Source: Callorhinchus milii
Taxonomy: Eukaryota
Direction of reading: 5' to 3'
NCBI RefSeq assembly: GCF_018977255.1
Contig: NW_024704742.1
Location: forward strand, 28,026,001 to 28,090,000
DNA length: 64,000 bases
The stretch's first letter is position 1. Every line of letters starts with the position of its first letter. Of the stretch, positions 52,451 through 64,000 are shown piece after piece. Both the position numbers and the translations under genes were made by a program. The notes below the pieces were generated by a model. It searched no databases. It worked only from the letters and a program-made list of their open reading frames with translations, and had not been told where the DNA came from.

Positions 52451-53654
52451 TTTTCTTCATTGTAAACTGGAGGGGGACTCGTTTGCCCGAAAAGGAGTTG
52501 TAAGATGTGAAGCATTGGGTTAGGACTGGAATGAACTCCACTGTAATGTCCCTAAATGGTAAAAGTAGCCTGCTGATACTCCCTGTCTCAGTTTCTACAT
52601 GAGAAATTATCATTTGGGTGAGGTACCAGGTTTGAATAGTGCGTGCAGAAAAGGATGGGATCAGGAAACGGGAAGCCTTGGGCTGCTTCTATTGGCAAGT
52701 TTATTTTACATGCTCTGTAGCCCCTTTGCTTTGCTCCCTCAAGGCAGTGCCATGAGCCGTCCCAAGTTGTTCAACATGACTGATGAGCTGCCTGTCCCTA
52801 TCTCTCTGGTGCCACATATTAAAAATACTGGGGATGGGGGTGGAGGGGGAACAAGATTGTATCACTATAATACTATTCCACACTGCCACAGAGGAAATGC
52901 TATGCTGCCACAGCTTGTGGTGTGTGTGCTGCCATCAGTCTGAGTTTTAAAGGCGATGGATGGAGGACCGCTATCCTCTCAGGGAACATGTCTCACTCTG
53001 TAACCTCTGCATCAGGTCCTGACTATGGGTTTCTGCAAGGACTCGAAACAGAAGCCAGATTCTCCGCCACTTTATTACAAAATATTACCGTTTAGAAAGG
53101 GCAATTTTCAAATTGAATCATAGATATTTGTAGTGCAGAAGGAGGCCATTCAGCCCATCGAGTCTGCATCGGCTCTCAGAGCAAGGTGTCCATTCAGTAC
53201 CACTGACCCACCCTATCTCCATACCCTTCTAGCCTCTGTCTTTCAATATACCTGTCTACTTCACTCTTTCAAACATACAATCGACTCTGCATTTCAGACC
53301 CTGACCCCAGCTCGGGTCTGAAATGCTGTACACTGTCCACCGCCTTGGGACGTCCTCCCAACTTGAAAGGCGCTATACAAATGTAATTTTGTTGTTGTTG
53401 TTGTTGCATTTATCATCTTTCTTGGCAGGGCATTCCAGGCCCCAACATCTCTCCATGTGTAATTTTCTCAGATTTGTAAAGAAAAACCTTAATAAAGAAT
53501 CAGAATCCATACAAAAGGGATGACTTCTGCAAACTAGAAGAACACCACGCTGACGCACTGCAGAAGCAGATTGTCTCAGAGCACAATTTTCATGGCTCAC
53601 CTTCACCACTTGTGACTACTGGACCTCATGCTCCATTTGGTCTGATTCTTTTCA

Positions 53655-54060
53655 ATAATCATAATTAATAATAATCCTTGCATTCATATATTTCATCCTA
53701 GGAGGATGTCTTCAAGGGCTTCTCATGCTTTAGTGTAAAATGTACTGAGTGTGCCTTTTGTAGGCAAACCCTGCAGCCGTTTTGTGTACAGCAGTGCCTC
53801 ACAAACAACCATTAAGTGAATGATCAGGTTTTATCTGAGGAATTGTTGGCTGGGACACTAGGAGAAACTCCCTTGTCTTTTTGACTCGTGCCATTGGATC
53901 TTTACCATCCACCTGAATAGACAGACTGGACCTCCATTGTATATCTCATCTGTAAGGACAGCACTTCTAACATTATTATTATTATAATGCAGTGTGTTGT
54001 CATCCCCTCAGCACGGTATTGGATTGTCAGCCGTGACTGACTTTAAAATCCTGACATTGG
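53655..54060 (-). mobile_element. Deu-domain SINE
   Basis: (aat)n ccttgcatt tail, ggagaaactccc and ggatctttaccatccacctgaa. Confidence 0.75.
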
Positions 54061-54100
54061 ATACTGACTGACCGCAGTGGCTATTCTGTGAAGCAACATT

Positions 54101-55341
54101 CAACAACAACAACAAGATTCCATTTATAAAGCGCCTTTCACGTCAGGAGGACGTCCCAAGGCACTGCACAGTTGGGTCATGACCCGAGCAGGGGGGAAAT
54201 GGTCAGGGTGAGGGGAGGGAAGGGAGGGAGCGAGGAGGGGGAAGAGAGTCGAGAGGGGAGCTGAAGGCACGGTCAAAGAGAAAGGTTTTGAGACCGGCCT
54301 TGAAGGAGGAAAGGGAGGAGGCGGCGAAGGCACTGGGGGATGGAGTTCCAGAGCCTGGGGGCTGAGAGGCTGAAGGCCCGACCACCGATGGTAGGGCGGT
54401 TGGGGCGGGGGACGTGGAGCAGACCGGAGCCAGAGGAACGGAGGGTACGGGCAGGTAGGTAGGGGGATAGTAGGTTGGAGAGGTAGGAGGGAGCAAGGCC
54501 GTGAATGGCCTTGTAGGTGAGGATGAGGATCTTGAAATCAATCCTCTGGGGGATGGGGAGCCAGTGGAGGCGAGCGAGGGTGGGAGTGATGTGGTCCCGA
54601 AGCCTGGTGCGGGACAGTACACAAGCTGCAGAGTTCTGAATGACCTGCAGCTTGTGGAGGGAGGTGGCGGGAAGGCCGGCGAGGAGAGAGTTCCCATAGT
54701 CCAGCCTTGAGGTGACAAAGGCATGAACCAGAGTTTCAGCAGCGTGAGGGGTGAGGTAATGGCGTAGTCTGGCGATGTTCCGGAGGTGATGGAAGGCGGT
54801 GCCAGTTGTAGTGCGGATGTGAGGGAGAAAGGACAGCTCAGGGTCGAACAAAACGCCGAGGTTCCTGACCGGCTTTGAGAGGTGGAGAGTGCAGCCTTGG
54901 ATGCTGATGCTGTCAGCGCCTGAGGTGCGGAGGCGCTGACGTGAGCCAATCAGGAGGGCCTCGGTTTTTCGCACGTTGAGCTGAAGAAAGTTGTCTCTCG
55001 TCCAGGACTCGATGTCGGACAGGCAGCTGTCAGGACATCGGTGGTCGTGGAGTTGAGAGTAGAGGAGGAAAGGTAGAGTTGGGTGTCATCCGCATACATG
55101 TGGAAGTTAACTCCATGTCTGCGGATGATGTCACCAAGGGGGAGCATATAGAGGGTGAAGAGGAGGGGACCAAGGACAGAGCCCTGAGGGACACCACATG
55201 AGACAGTGCGGGGGGTGGAGGAGAAGCCATTCGTCGAGACAAAGTGAAGACGGTGAGAAAGGTACGACCTAAACCATTCAAGGACAGTTACTTGAAGGTT
55301 GAGGTGGGAGGACAAGCGGTGGAGGAGGATAGCGTGGTCGA
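54101..55341 (-). mobile_element. 5'-truncated, relatively young L2 LINE (RT plus C-terminus, frameshifted)
   Basis: ORF 54950-55315 encodes [17 protein letters not shown] and [13 protein letters not shown] 54273-54974 encodes VRNLGVLFD, SRLDYGNS and LHWLP. Has a (caa)n tail and retains many CpGs. Confidence 0.95.
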
Positions 55342-55649
55342 ACGCTGGAGCTACAATTGAGAGAGTAATGTCCAGCTGTCTTGGTGTGTGTGTATATGGG
55401 GGGGTGGGGGCAGGTATTGTTCAACAGCCAATTTTTAATTCACAGTTGATTTGTATTGAAATGTAAAATTTTTCATCTCAAATTTATTTTGGTTACGGTA
55501 TCCAGATGTAAATTGGGATAGCTGAAAGGATTTTTGAGGAATATTTCCTAAGGTGTAACCAAAGTGATCTCGAGGTTCCCGTAGGTTCCAAAGAAAGTGA
55601 TCTTTCTTCCCATGTGAGCCTAGAGGGTGAATGTCAGAAAGGCATTCGG

Positions 55650-55752
55650 TCAGACCTCAGCCTAAGTCAACACGTGAAAACTGCAACCTTCCAGGTCTAT
55701 GTGGCTCAGCTCCATAGCAGGCAGTGAATGTACCAACTGAGCTAATCAGTTA
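55650..55752 (-). mobile_element. Old tRNA-derived SINE head of a different family
   Basis: Minus strand tagctcagttggta (A-box)...ctgagccacatagacctggaaggt. Confidence 0.45.
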
Positions 55753-55889
55753 TGGCTACAGGTCAAGTTCAAGTGTAATGATGGCCAGATGGCTGTTCTT
55801 CCACTGTGACTTGAACAGCAGTGCACTGGTACAAAACTGCAAGGAGAAATCAGTTGAGGCAAATTGAGAGGGTAATTTTCTCTAACAAT

Positions 55890-56257
55890 TTAGTGGTTAG
55901 AGCACTCGCCTCGCAAGCGAGAGAACCTGGGTTCGATTCCCGGGCAGGGCGAAATGTTGGGCAAGTTTCCTTACTCCACACACTTCTGTTTACCTTGCAG
56001 TAAATAGAAACCCGGTTGTTAACCCGTTGGTGAATCGTTTTTTTGGCCATAATAATCCCTTCAAAAAAAAAATCATAATAATAATTTGGTCACTCAATCC
56101 CCGACTGTTTGTGGGACATTGCTGTGCACAATTGGCTGCCACGTTTCGCTCACAAAATACACAGCCAATTATATATTCTGTATATTCTGTGAAGTGCTTT
56201 GAGACTTCTCGAAGACATGTTAAGACTCTATGTCAAATGCAAGGATTACTATATATT
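55890..56257 (+). mobile_element. tRNA-Ala(CGC)-derived SINE
   Basis: tagtggttagagcactcgcctcgcaagcgagagaacctgggttcgattcccgg, with an intact B-box and a CGC anticodon loop. Tail caaatgcaaggatta. Confidence 0.9.
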
Positions 56258-57269
56258 AATTGATCTGGCAATCAGTCACTGTGCATAATTATTTTCTACC
56301 TTCATCAGGATGCTTGTATGCAAATCGGGACATGGATTCTCCATGTTCTTTCTCTGGCATGATACCAGACTCTCTTTTCAGATAAACCGCCAGTTCACCA
56401 GCATGAATTTGATGTGTACAATATGTCTTCAGTTACTTATAATGTTTCAGTTAATTTTGCAGATGGGGGGGCAGACTTACAGATGTGGATGTATTGACCA
56501 TTATTTAGTTGAGCTTACTCGATTGAATTTAAAACCCCTTTAAGATGTAAACAGAAAATAGCTCGGTGATGGATGATTTGTGAGGCATCATAAACTGCTT
56601 CTGCCCATATATGTGCTCACTACCAGTTCAGGAGACTTAAACCACTTAATATAAAACCCCAAAATATACAAAATATTACCCAAACCCACATCAGGCAATT
56701 ATACAGCGGAATACTGCACCCTGACAACCAATATATAATATCTGCAAACTCCTATCCTCCTTTTGCCTAATGTTCCACAGTCCACCTAAAGCCGGCAGAA
56801 ATTAAACGGTGCACTCAACATCACAGAGTGAATGACAAACCTGTCACATTGTGAAAATGTATTACTAATAAGAAAAATTGCATTCAAAACGTGTCAAGAT
56901 CTATGAATGCGTAAGTTTTTTTTACACGCAGGAGCTTGTGGACAGGATTCCAGTGAATTCATTAGAAGCTGGTTGCTTGTCCACTTGAGTTACTGCTGAG
57001 GAAGTATATTCTCATGATTGATTGTGCCTGCTGAACGTGCTTACTGTATTCAGTGCATCGTCCTCTCGAGTAGTGTCTGCACTAATAGCAACAAAATGAA
57101 AAGCCTGTGTGGATGAGTTGGACCTTGTTTAATCTTATTACAATGGAAAAATGTTTGTGTCTGTGAAGAAGTGACTTGTTCCCATAGACATGATTGCAAG
57201 GCCCATTGGCAAAGCAGACCTGCTGAGTCCAATCGTCATGAAATCATTTAAGAACAGAGAAGGACTGGA

Positions 57270-57460
57270 TTTTGAGACTGGGTTGCACACCGCTGTTTCA
57301 TCTCTGGGATCTGGCTTTGAATACAGCCCTGTCTGAAGGAATGCATCTCTGCTCTTTGATTTGGGATCCTTTTCTAAATGAGTTTAGACTGTCTTAGCCC
57401 ACTTCCCAGTGGACCTGGATCCTCAGCAAAATCCCGATCCTAATTTCTTACTAAGTGGGA
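57270..57460 (+). mobile_element. LF-SINE-like ancient SINE relic
   Basis: tttcatctctggg...ctggctttgaatacagccc...aaatgagttt...gtcttagcccacttcccagtggac is collinear with the LF-SINE consensus as remembered. Confidence 0.55.
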
Positions 57461-59120
57461 TTTAAATTGATATTGAATTTATAATGGCGTGGTCAATCCA
57501 AAACATTAGAAATAGGTTACAAATCTCCAAGGAATCAGCCTTGATGTACTGTCAGTTACCAGCAGGAATACTGTATTTGTGAATCAACAACAGAAATTTA
57601 CGTTTAGATAGCACTTTTCAGATCGGGAGGATGGCTCAGAACACTTTACTATCAACTATGAATCCCGCTGTGAATCGTTGCTGTATGACTCTTTGCATTG
57701 AAATCTGCAGTGGGTCAATGTGCTGGAAAAAGATCAGCTGATATTCTGTTGTACTCATGATGTGGTTAATATTCTGAAGTGTTAATCAACACATTGTTGA
57801 AAATTTCATCCTGTTAATAACTAAAACTAACAACTGGTCCAAAGGGTGTAACTTCCCCAAACCCCCAACCCTTCGTCATAGCGCTTGGAACCTATGTCTG
57901 ACACAGACACAATGGGTTTGACATCCCCTGAGTTGTAACATGAGTCAGCAGATGAGCAGATTACTAACTTAATTCAACAAAATAGCCAATATCCCGCAAA
58001 TCGGCATGAAACGGCAAGTCAGTGGGATCGAGACAAACCAATATACAGTGGCCGAGGGGTGGGAGGGAGGTTAGGAGGCATTACATCAACGGACAGCTCA
58101 TTTTCTTCAGTTATCAACAGGGCAGCATTTTCAGCAATGTTTTAATAAGCACATCATTGGTCACGTTCAGCTTCAAAATCCTTGGTCACTACACATTACA
58201 GTAAATCCTGTGAAGCACTCTTCCTGACGTGAAAGGCACTATATCAGATTTCTAGGATTATTGCTATCATTATTAATAAGGTGCCAACTTAACTAATTTT
58301 TTAACAACATAATTATCACATCACACCTCACAATTTTCACTCCGCTATATTTTCTTGTTACCCTTTTTTCATAGAAAGACTTCTGGCATGACAAATAACA
58401 TGGGTATTCATGAATCTGCTTCCAACAGCAACACTCAAGACAGCAAACTGTGAACAACAGTTAACACCCTCTAAATCATTCTTAACTGATTTAATCACAA
58501 GAATGATAACAATGATAACAAGGAGTGTTTAATTCTACTTTGGACATGTTATTTTTTAAATGGTTTGTATTATTTCCTAATCAGAAGTGATTTGGATATT
58601 TTCTAAGTGTAATCTGGTGCTTTCCGTGTCAATTAAAACCTACAAAGTTCAGTGTTTTATTTCTTCACCCACAATTGAACCCAAAATTCAAGCATAAACT
58701 GTTTGGAAGAGCCATTATAGCTGTATGAACCTACATCATCACAAGTCAAACTGTTAGGTAATCAGACTTCAGCATATTAACCAGTAACAGTTTTGCACTG
58801 CCTAAAATAACAACCACAATAATAGATTTTTTCAGATGTTTGAGCAGATGGCGGGGTTTGAGCTCCATCTCTCGAACTAGTAAAGAATATGGGATATCCT
58901 CCCTCCATCATTATATTGCAGTGCTTTCACCTGACCAATGAAACTCTGTAAGATATGAAGGACTGAGAAGAAAAGCTGTGTGACAATGACATGGGATGAG
59001 ATGCAGATGAATAATACTGAGCTGTGTAACATAAAATGTTGAATTCCTGTTTTGTTGCTGCCGGTTGTGTTAAAGGTTAGGGAACAATAGTCTGGATTGT
59101 GACATTTCACATAACAGTGA

Positions 59121-59252
<132 letters not shown>

Positions 59253-59682
59253 TAATTGACAGTATAGTTGCCTTGTTGTGAAGAATTGTCCAAGAGTGGA
59301 TAGTAGTAATTAAAGATAGCTATCTCTGTATCCATACTGCTTTGATGGATTGAGATTTACCTAACTGCTACCAGCCCACAGTCAGGAAGGTGAGGCTTCA
59401 GATTGCTGACACAGTCGCAGCATAAATCACCTTAGAGTGAGGTCCTGACAACTTTAGTGTGTAACATATGCTAAGGAATTTTGGCTACATTGTTGGAGGT
59501 GCTGTCCTTCGGATGAGATGTTAAACTGATGTCCCGCTTCCCTGTTCAGCCAAGCGATGAAGATCCCGTGGTATTTTTTAAAAAGAGAAGGGAGTTTCTC
59601 CTGATAGCCTGACCAACATTCCTCAGATCAATTGGTCATGAAATCACTGCTTCATTACCTCCAGGCTCTGTTATCTTTACAA

Positions 59683-59918
59683 AACACAAAATACTGTAGA
59701 TGCTGTAAATCTGAAAATAAAGACATAAGTCGCTGGGAGCACTCAGCAGGTCAGGCAAAATCTATGGAGAAAGGAAAGTGAGTCAACGTTTAACCTGTCC
59801 CTCCCAACATGCCCCTGGACTGACGAAGGGTCGTGGACCTGAAACGTTGACTCATTTTCCTTTCTCCATAGATGTTGCCTGACCTGCTGAGTGCTCCCAG
59901 CGACTTCTGTTTTTGTTT
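59683..59918. mobile_element. Penelope-like inverted terminal structure with a hammerhead core in the spacer
   Basis: Arms 59727-59791 and 59842-59906 are reverse complements (63/65). CTGACGA...GAAA lies at 59820-59844. Same family as 51273-51419. Confidence 0.7.
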
Positions 59919-60897
59919 TCTATTATCTTTACGACCTCCGTGCCACCCCCACCACCTCCCTATAAAGGGGCAGACCATCCATAAATCTGCAGCCCAGTCG
60001 TCTCCTGCACTAGGCACCATGATCCTATCGCCCCATCCTCCCTCTGCTTCAATAGCTCTCCATCCCCAAGCAGATTAAATCCAAAATTTGAATGCTCATT
60101 TTTGGATGTCTCCATGGCCTTGTACCACCTTAATGGGATCTTCTGCAGCTCTAATCCCCTGGCCTCTCCCTCTGCTCAGCAATTACTGACATGCTTCCTA
60201 TTCCCCACCTGCGCTGCCTCACTATCTGTGGGCTCTTTCTCTCATATTCCATCCCAGTTTCCCTTCCCTGCCTTCAAAACTCATCTTAAGATCTATCTCT
60301 TTGTCCTCTCTTTTGAACATCTTTCTTTCTCTTCAGCTCCTAGTCAGTTGCATGAAGCAATGTGCTCCTGTGCTCCTTATATGAAAGGACTATATATGCA
60401 TGTGAATTGTGCTTCTGATTCACTTTATGGTTGCTTGTGGGACATTGTTGTGCACAATTTTGATAATTTGTTTGTATACAAATACACATTCAGTACAATT
60501 TATTGTAAATTCTATGAAACAGTTTGAGATTCTTCAAAAACGTGATAACATGTAATAAAATTGTTAAAAAGCATTTGGGAACAATTTCTTAGACAGGATA
60601 TGGAATTGTCTGGCGCAAACAAATTGAGGTAGATTCCAATCAATTATTTTGGAAAGGAAGAGATGGATATTTGAAGAGGAGGAATAATGAAGTAATATTT
60701 AAAACAAAACATATTGACATTAAGCAGGAGAGTGGATGGCTCATGTGGAGAAAAACCTAATGGCTGAATAACTTGTATCTAGGCTGCAGCAATGAATTGT
60801 TCTATGAACTTTAAAGGAAAATAAATTGGACCAAAAAAAATCCCTTCTCCCCATTTTGTTTAAATTTGATCCATTGGTTATAATGTTTCTGAATTTA

Positions 60898-60950
60898 AAT
60901 ATATATATAAATATATATAGATTGTATTTGTATATTATATATTATATATA
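60898..60950. repeat. (AT)n-rich low-complexity tract
   Basis: Imperfect atatat arrays. Confidence 0.7.
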
Positions 60951-61607
60951 GAATGTGAGAACTATATATGTAAGAACAATTATTAAAGTGTTCATATCAG
61001 GTATTATTTTAAACCTGCGCTACATGTCCTTAAAAATATTAGTAACATTTTTAGTCAAACCAGCAATTTGCCACCCTGCTCTGACCAAACTCAACTGATA
61101 TTAATGCAGATTCAGCAACATTTGCAGTGTAAACCATCACAATTATTTAATGGCTTTGCCTGCTGCTTATTATGTTGACTGAAGAGTCATCACCCTATTT
61201 ACAAATCCCACATGTGACCAACTGCAGAAAGTGTGCAAGTACTGGATATATGGTAGAAATATGTTGAAGCTACTGAGCCTGAATCTCTGATTTTGCTACA
61301 TACAAAATAAATAACACTTACTTAAAAAAAAACTTTCCTTTTTTCCATATTTATATTATCTTATTATTCCTGCTGTCCTACAGAGATAGCATTTCTGGCC
61401 AATCTGCAGAAATAGATCATACGGAAGTGAAGTTCTCACGGTTAAAGTGACATGCTTCCAGTTAATAGAAAGATCCCTTCTTTGCAAGACTCAAGATTCA
61501 TGAAATGTTTGCCCGAAAAAGATCCTTCAGATCATTTGATCTCTTCCTTCCATTTTACCATCCTCCCATCACAGCATCAAGCAGTTTCTTAAGTGAATCA
61601 TTCCTTA

Positions 61608-64000
61608 TAGAAGAATCATAGAATTATACAGCACAGAAGGAGGCCATTCGGCCCATCGTGTTTCTGCCGGCTCTTTGAAAAGAGCTATCCAAATCAATCC
61701 CACTCCCCCGCTCACTCCCCATAGCCCTGCAAACTTGTCCTCCCCAAATAATAATCTACTTCTCTCTTAAAAGCTGTTATCGAATCAGCTTCCATCACCC
61801 TTTCAGGCATTGCATTCCAGATCTGAACAACTCGCTGTGTGAAAGATTTTTTCCTCACCCTCCCTTCTGTTTCGTTTAACATATAATTTAAATTGGTGGC
61901 CTCTGGTTACCGACCCACCCACCAGTGGAAGTAGTTTTTCCTTGTTCACCCTATTGAATCCCCTCATAATTTTGAAAACTTCTCTTGAGTCTCCTCTTAA
62001 CTTTCTCTGCTCCAAGGAGAATAATCCTAGCTTCTCGAGCCTCTCCTGATAACTGAAGTCCCTCATTCCTGGTACCATCCTGGTAAATCTCCTTTGAACC
62101 ACTTCACTGCTTTGACATTCTTCTTAAAGTGTGGTACCGAGAACTGAAAACAGTACTTTAGCTGAGGTCTAACCAGTGTTTTATAAGGTTCGTCATAACT
62201 TCCTACTTTTTTATTCTACACCCCTGTGTATAAAGTCTAGTATCCCATATGCTTTTTTCACAGCTTTATCTACCTGTCCTGCCACATTAAAAGATTTACT
62301 TATACGAACCCCGGGTCTCTCTGTTCCTTCACCCCCTTTAAGATTGTACCATCAGCTTATATTGCCTCTCCTCATTTTTCCTCCCAAAATGCATCACTTT
62401 GCATTTCTCCACATTAAACTTCACCTGCCACATGTCTGCCCATTTTACCAGTCTGTCTATGTCCTCTTGCAGTTTGCTACTATCCTCACTGTTTACTACT
62501 TTTTCTAGTTTAGTACCATCCGCAAACTTGGAAATTGTACTCCCTATACCTAAGTCCAGGTCATTTATATAGATCAAAAACAGCAGTGGTCCCAATACCG
62601 ACCCCTGGGGGACACCACTGCACACTTCCCTCCAGTCAGAAAAACAATCGTTCACCACCACTCTGTGCTTTCTGTCTCTCAGCCAGTTCTGTATCCATGC
62701 TGCCACTGTCCTTTAATACCATCGGCTTCTATTTTGTTTACAAGTCTCTTATGTGGCACTTTATCAAGTGCCTTTTGAAAATCCATATAAACAACACCAA
62801 CTGCACTACGTTCATCCACCCACTCTGTTCTTCATCAAAAAACTATCAGGTTTGTTAGACCTGATTTGCCTTTTGGCTGTCCTTTATTAATCCATACTTT
62901 TCGAAGTGAAAATTTATTTTGTCCCGGATTATAGTCCCTAGAAGTTTCCCCACTATTGACGTTAGGCTGATTGGCCTGTAGTTCCCGGGTTTATCCTATG
63001 GCCCCTTTTTGTACAGGGGAGTAACATTTGCAATCCTCCAATCCTCTGGCACCATCTCGTGTCCAAGGAGGATTCAAAGATTGTGACAAAAGCCTCCGTT
63101 ATTCCCACCCTTACTTCCCTCAGTAACCTAGGATGCATCCCATCTGGACCAGGTGGCTTATCTACCTTGAGCACCGATAACCTTTTTAGTACCTCCTCTC
63201 GGTTTATCTTTATCTTATCCAATTTTTTTAGCCTCTCCTCCGATACTGCAGCATTGGCTGCATCCTTTTCTTTTGTGAAGACAGATGCAAAGTGCTCATT
63301 CAGTACATCAGCCATGCCCTCTGCCTCCACAAGAAGATTTCCTCTTTGGTCCCTAATTGTACCCACCCTACTTTTGACTAACCTTTTATTCTTCATATGC
63401 TTATAAAATTCCTTAGAGTCCCCTTTTATGTTACCCGCTAATCTTTTCTCATACAATCTCTTTGCCCCTCTTATTACCTTTTTCAGTTCTCGTCTGTACT
63501 CCTGAGGATTGCAAGACTATATTCTATTTGATTATCTTTTGTATTTTGGACCTGACATTTATCATAAGCCTCCTTTTTCTATTTTATTTTAATCTCAATT
63601 TCCTTATTCATCCAGGGAGGTTTGGATGCCCTACCTTTTCCCTTTGTGGGAATGTATTTGTTCTGTCCCTGAACTATCTTCTCCTTGAAGGCTTCCCATT
63701 GCTCATTAGCTGTTTTACCTGCCAATCTTTCTTTCCAGTCCACCTTGGCTAGGTCCCTTTTTAACTCACTGAAATTAACCCTCTTCAAGTTGAGTATCTT
63801 CACCTTTGATTGTTCCGCTAAGTTTAATGATGTTGTGATCACTGTTGTCCAGATGCTCTCTTACAGGAACCTGCTTCACTTGGCCCACTTAATTCCCCAG
63901 AACTAGATCCAGCATTGTTTTCTTCCTCATTGGGCTGGAAGCACACTGATCCAGAAAGGTATCCTGCACACATTTCAGGAATCCTTCCCCCTCCTTGCCC
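61608..64000 (-). mobile_element. CR1 LINE ORF2 (RT) and 3' end, frameshifted, continuing beyond the window
   Basis: Minus-strand ORFs encode [63 protein letters not shown] and VQRRFTRM...LGLFSLEQRKLRGD. Ends gatgggccgaatggcctccttctgtgctgtataattctatgattct. Confidence 0.95.

Noticed and set aside
54203..54949. 248-aa Ser/Pro/Thr-rich ORF
   Set aside because: It is an alternative frame of the C-rich L2 strand; the same shadow frame recurs in other L2 copies.
55890..55945. tRNA-Ala(CGC)-like cloverleaf
   Set aside because: The 5' acceptor stem is missing and the sequence runs into a multi-copy SINE body, so it is not a tRNA gene.

Overview
This is vertebrate genomic DNA, most likely from a cartilaginous fish. 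The repeat mix (L2 and CR1 LINEs, Deu-domain SINEs, a tRNA-Ala-derived SINE) resembles chimaera/elephant-shark repeats as I remember them; I have not verified this by search. The only protein-coding gene I can support is a diaphanous-related formin, closest to DIAPH1 by eye, on the + strand. Three in-frame FH2-domain exons (6581-6682, 6901-6995, 59142-59243) are separated by a 218-bp intron and a ~52.1-kb intron. The rest is intronic and filled with truncated or decayed transposable elements. Nearly all ORFs in the track are LINE fragments or noise. I did not find a convincing new biological system. The best leads are: (i) Penelope-type minimal hammerhead ribozyme cores, one inside a 65-bp near-perfect hairpin; (ii) LF-SINE-like relics; (iii) two dense TF-motif clusters (PBX-MEIS/PREP decamers with a CCAAT box, and ETS-CRE composites); (iv) a candidate recursive splice site and candidate poison exons in the long intron; (v) several palindromic MITE-like elements. 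Repeat boundaries are approximate (about +/-20 bp). Family names come from remembered consensus sequences and need a RepeatMasker/Dfam check.
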